Below are positions 21,100-21,281 of a stretch of DNA of 21,281 bases, piece by piece. Under the pieces are notes generated by a model. It was not told where the DNA came from and ran no database searches. It saw nothing but the letters and a program-made list of their open reading frames with translations. Numbering within the stretch: position 1 is the stretch's first letter; the number at the start of each line of letters is the position of its first letter. The translations under genes were made by a program, and so were the position numbers. Origin of the DNA: a virus (Duplodnaviria > Heunggongvirae > Uroviricota > Caudoviricetes); IMG/VR virus record IMGVR_UViG_2671180673_000012; one strand, 5' to 3'.

Positions 21100-21281
21100 T
21101 GCCACTGCTGGATAAGCTGCGTGAGCAGTACGGGGTCGGACCGCTATGCAGCGAACTGCATATTGCCCCGTCAACGTATTACCACTGTCAGCAACAGCGA
21201 CATCATCCGGATAAACGCAGTGCCCGTGCGCAGCGCGATGACTGGCTGAAGAAAGAGATACAGCGCGTATACGATGAAAAT
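21096..21281 (+). CDS. IS629-like transposase OrfB, N-terminal fragment (partial, runs off window)
   Basis: -1 frame relative to OrfA, starting in the AAAAAATGATG overlap; reads [30 protein letters not shown]...; no stop before the window end. Confidence 0.8.
   Translation, partial: MMPLLDKLREQYGVGPLCSELHIAPSTYYHCQQQRHHPDKRSARAQRDDWLKKEIQRVYDEN

Larger units (their letters stand above)
20719..21281 (+). mobile_element. IS3-family insertion sequence (IS629/IS1203-like), left end plus start of transposase; continues beyond window
   Basis: Element begins TGAACCGCCCCGGGAATCC (IS3-family TG... terminus); encodes OrfA followed by OrfB in the -1 frame at an A-rich overlap. Confidence 0.8.

Noticed and set aside
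20854-21174. Minus-strand 106-aa ORF 20854..21174
   Set aside because: Antisense to the IS OrfA/OrfB region.

Overview
The window reads as the left ~20.7 kb of a lambdoid (lambda-like) prophage of an enterobacterium, with an IS3-family insertion sequence cutting in at the right edge. Gene order is lambda-like: integrase and excisionase (minus strand, 1-1357); a leftward early operon with a large exonuclease-domain protein and a Rha-family regulator; an immunity region with a DicA-like repressor and Cro-like regulator transcribed divergently; a replication module (initiator with internal iterons, P-like helicase loader); a nin-like run of short, translationally coupled genes ending in a Hok/Gef toxin; DUF968/HNH-like protein, RusA and antiterminator Q; late promoter and terminator; a DNA methyltransferase; three tRNA genes; and a partial IS629-like element. 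The most interesting region is an AT-rich two-gene insert at 13.56-15.40 kb, bracketed by two copies of the same 20-bp terminator. It encodes a 216-aa protein with no domain I can recognise, overlapping a 368-aa fused XRE-HTH/ImmA-IrrE (HEXXH) metallopeptidase. I propose it as a candidate toxin-antitoxin or anti-phage defence module (RosmerTA-like); this is inference only. All calls rest on reading the sequence and the supplied ORF track; no database searches were run. The sequence contains more than a dozen ambiguous n bases, so local frame and start calls carry draft-quality uncertainty.
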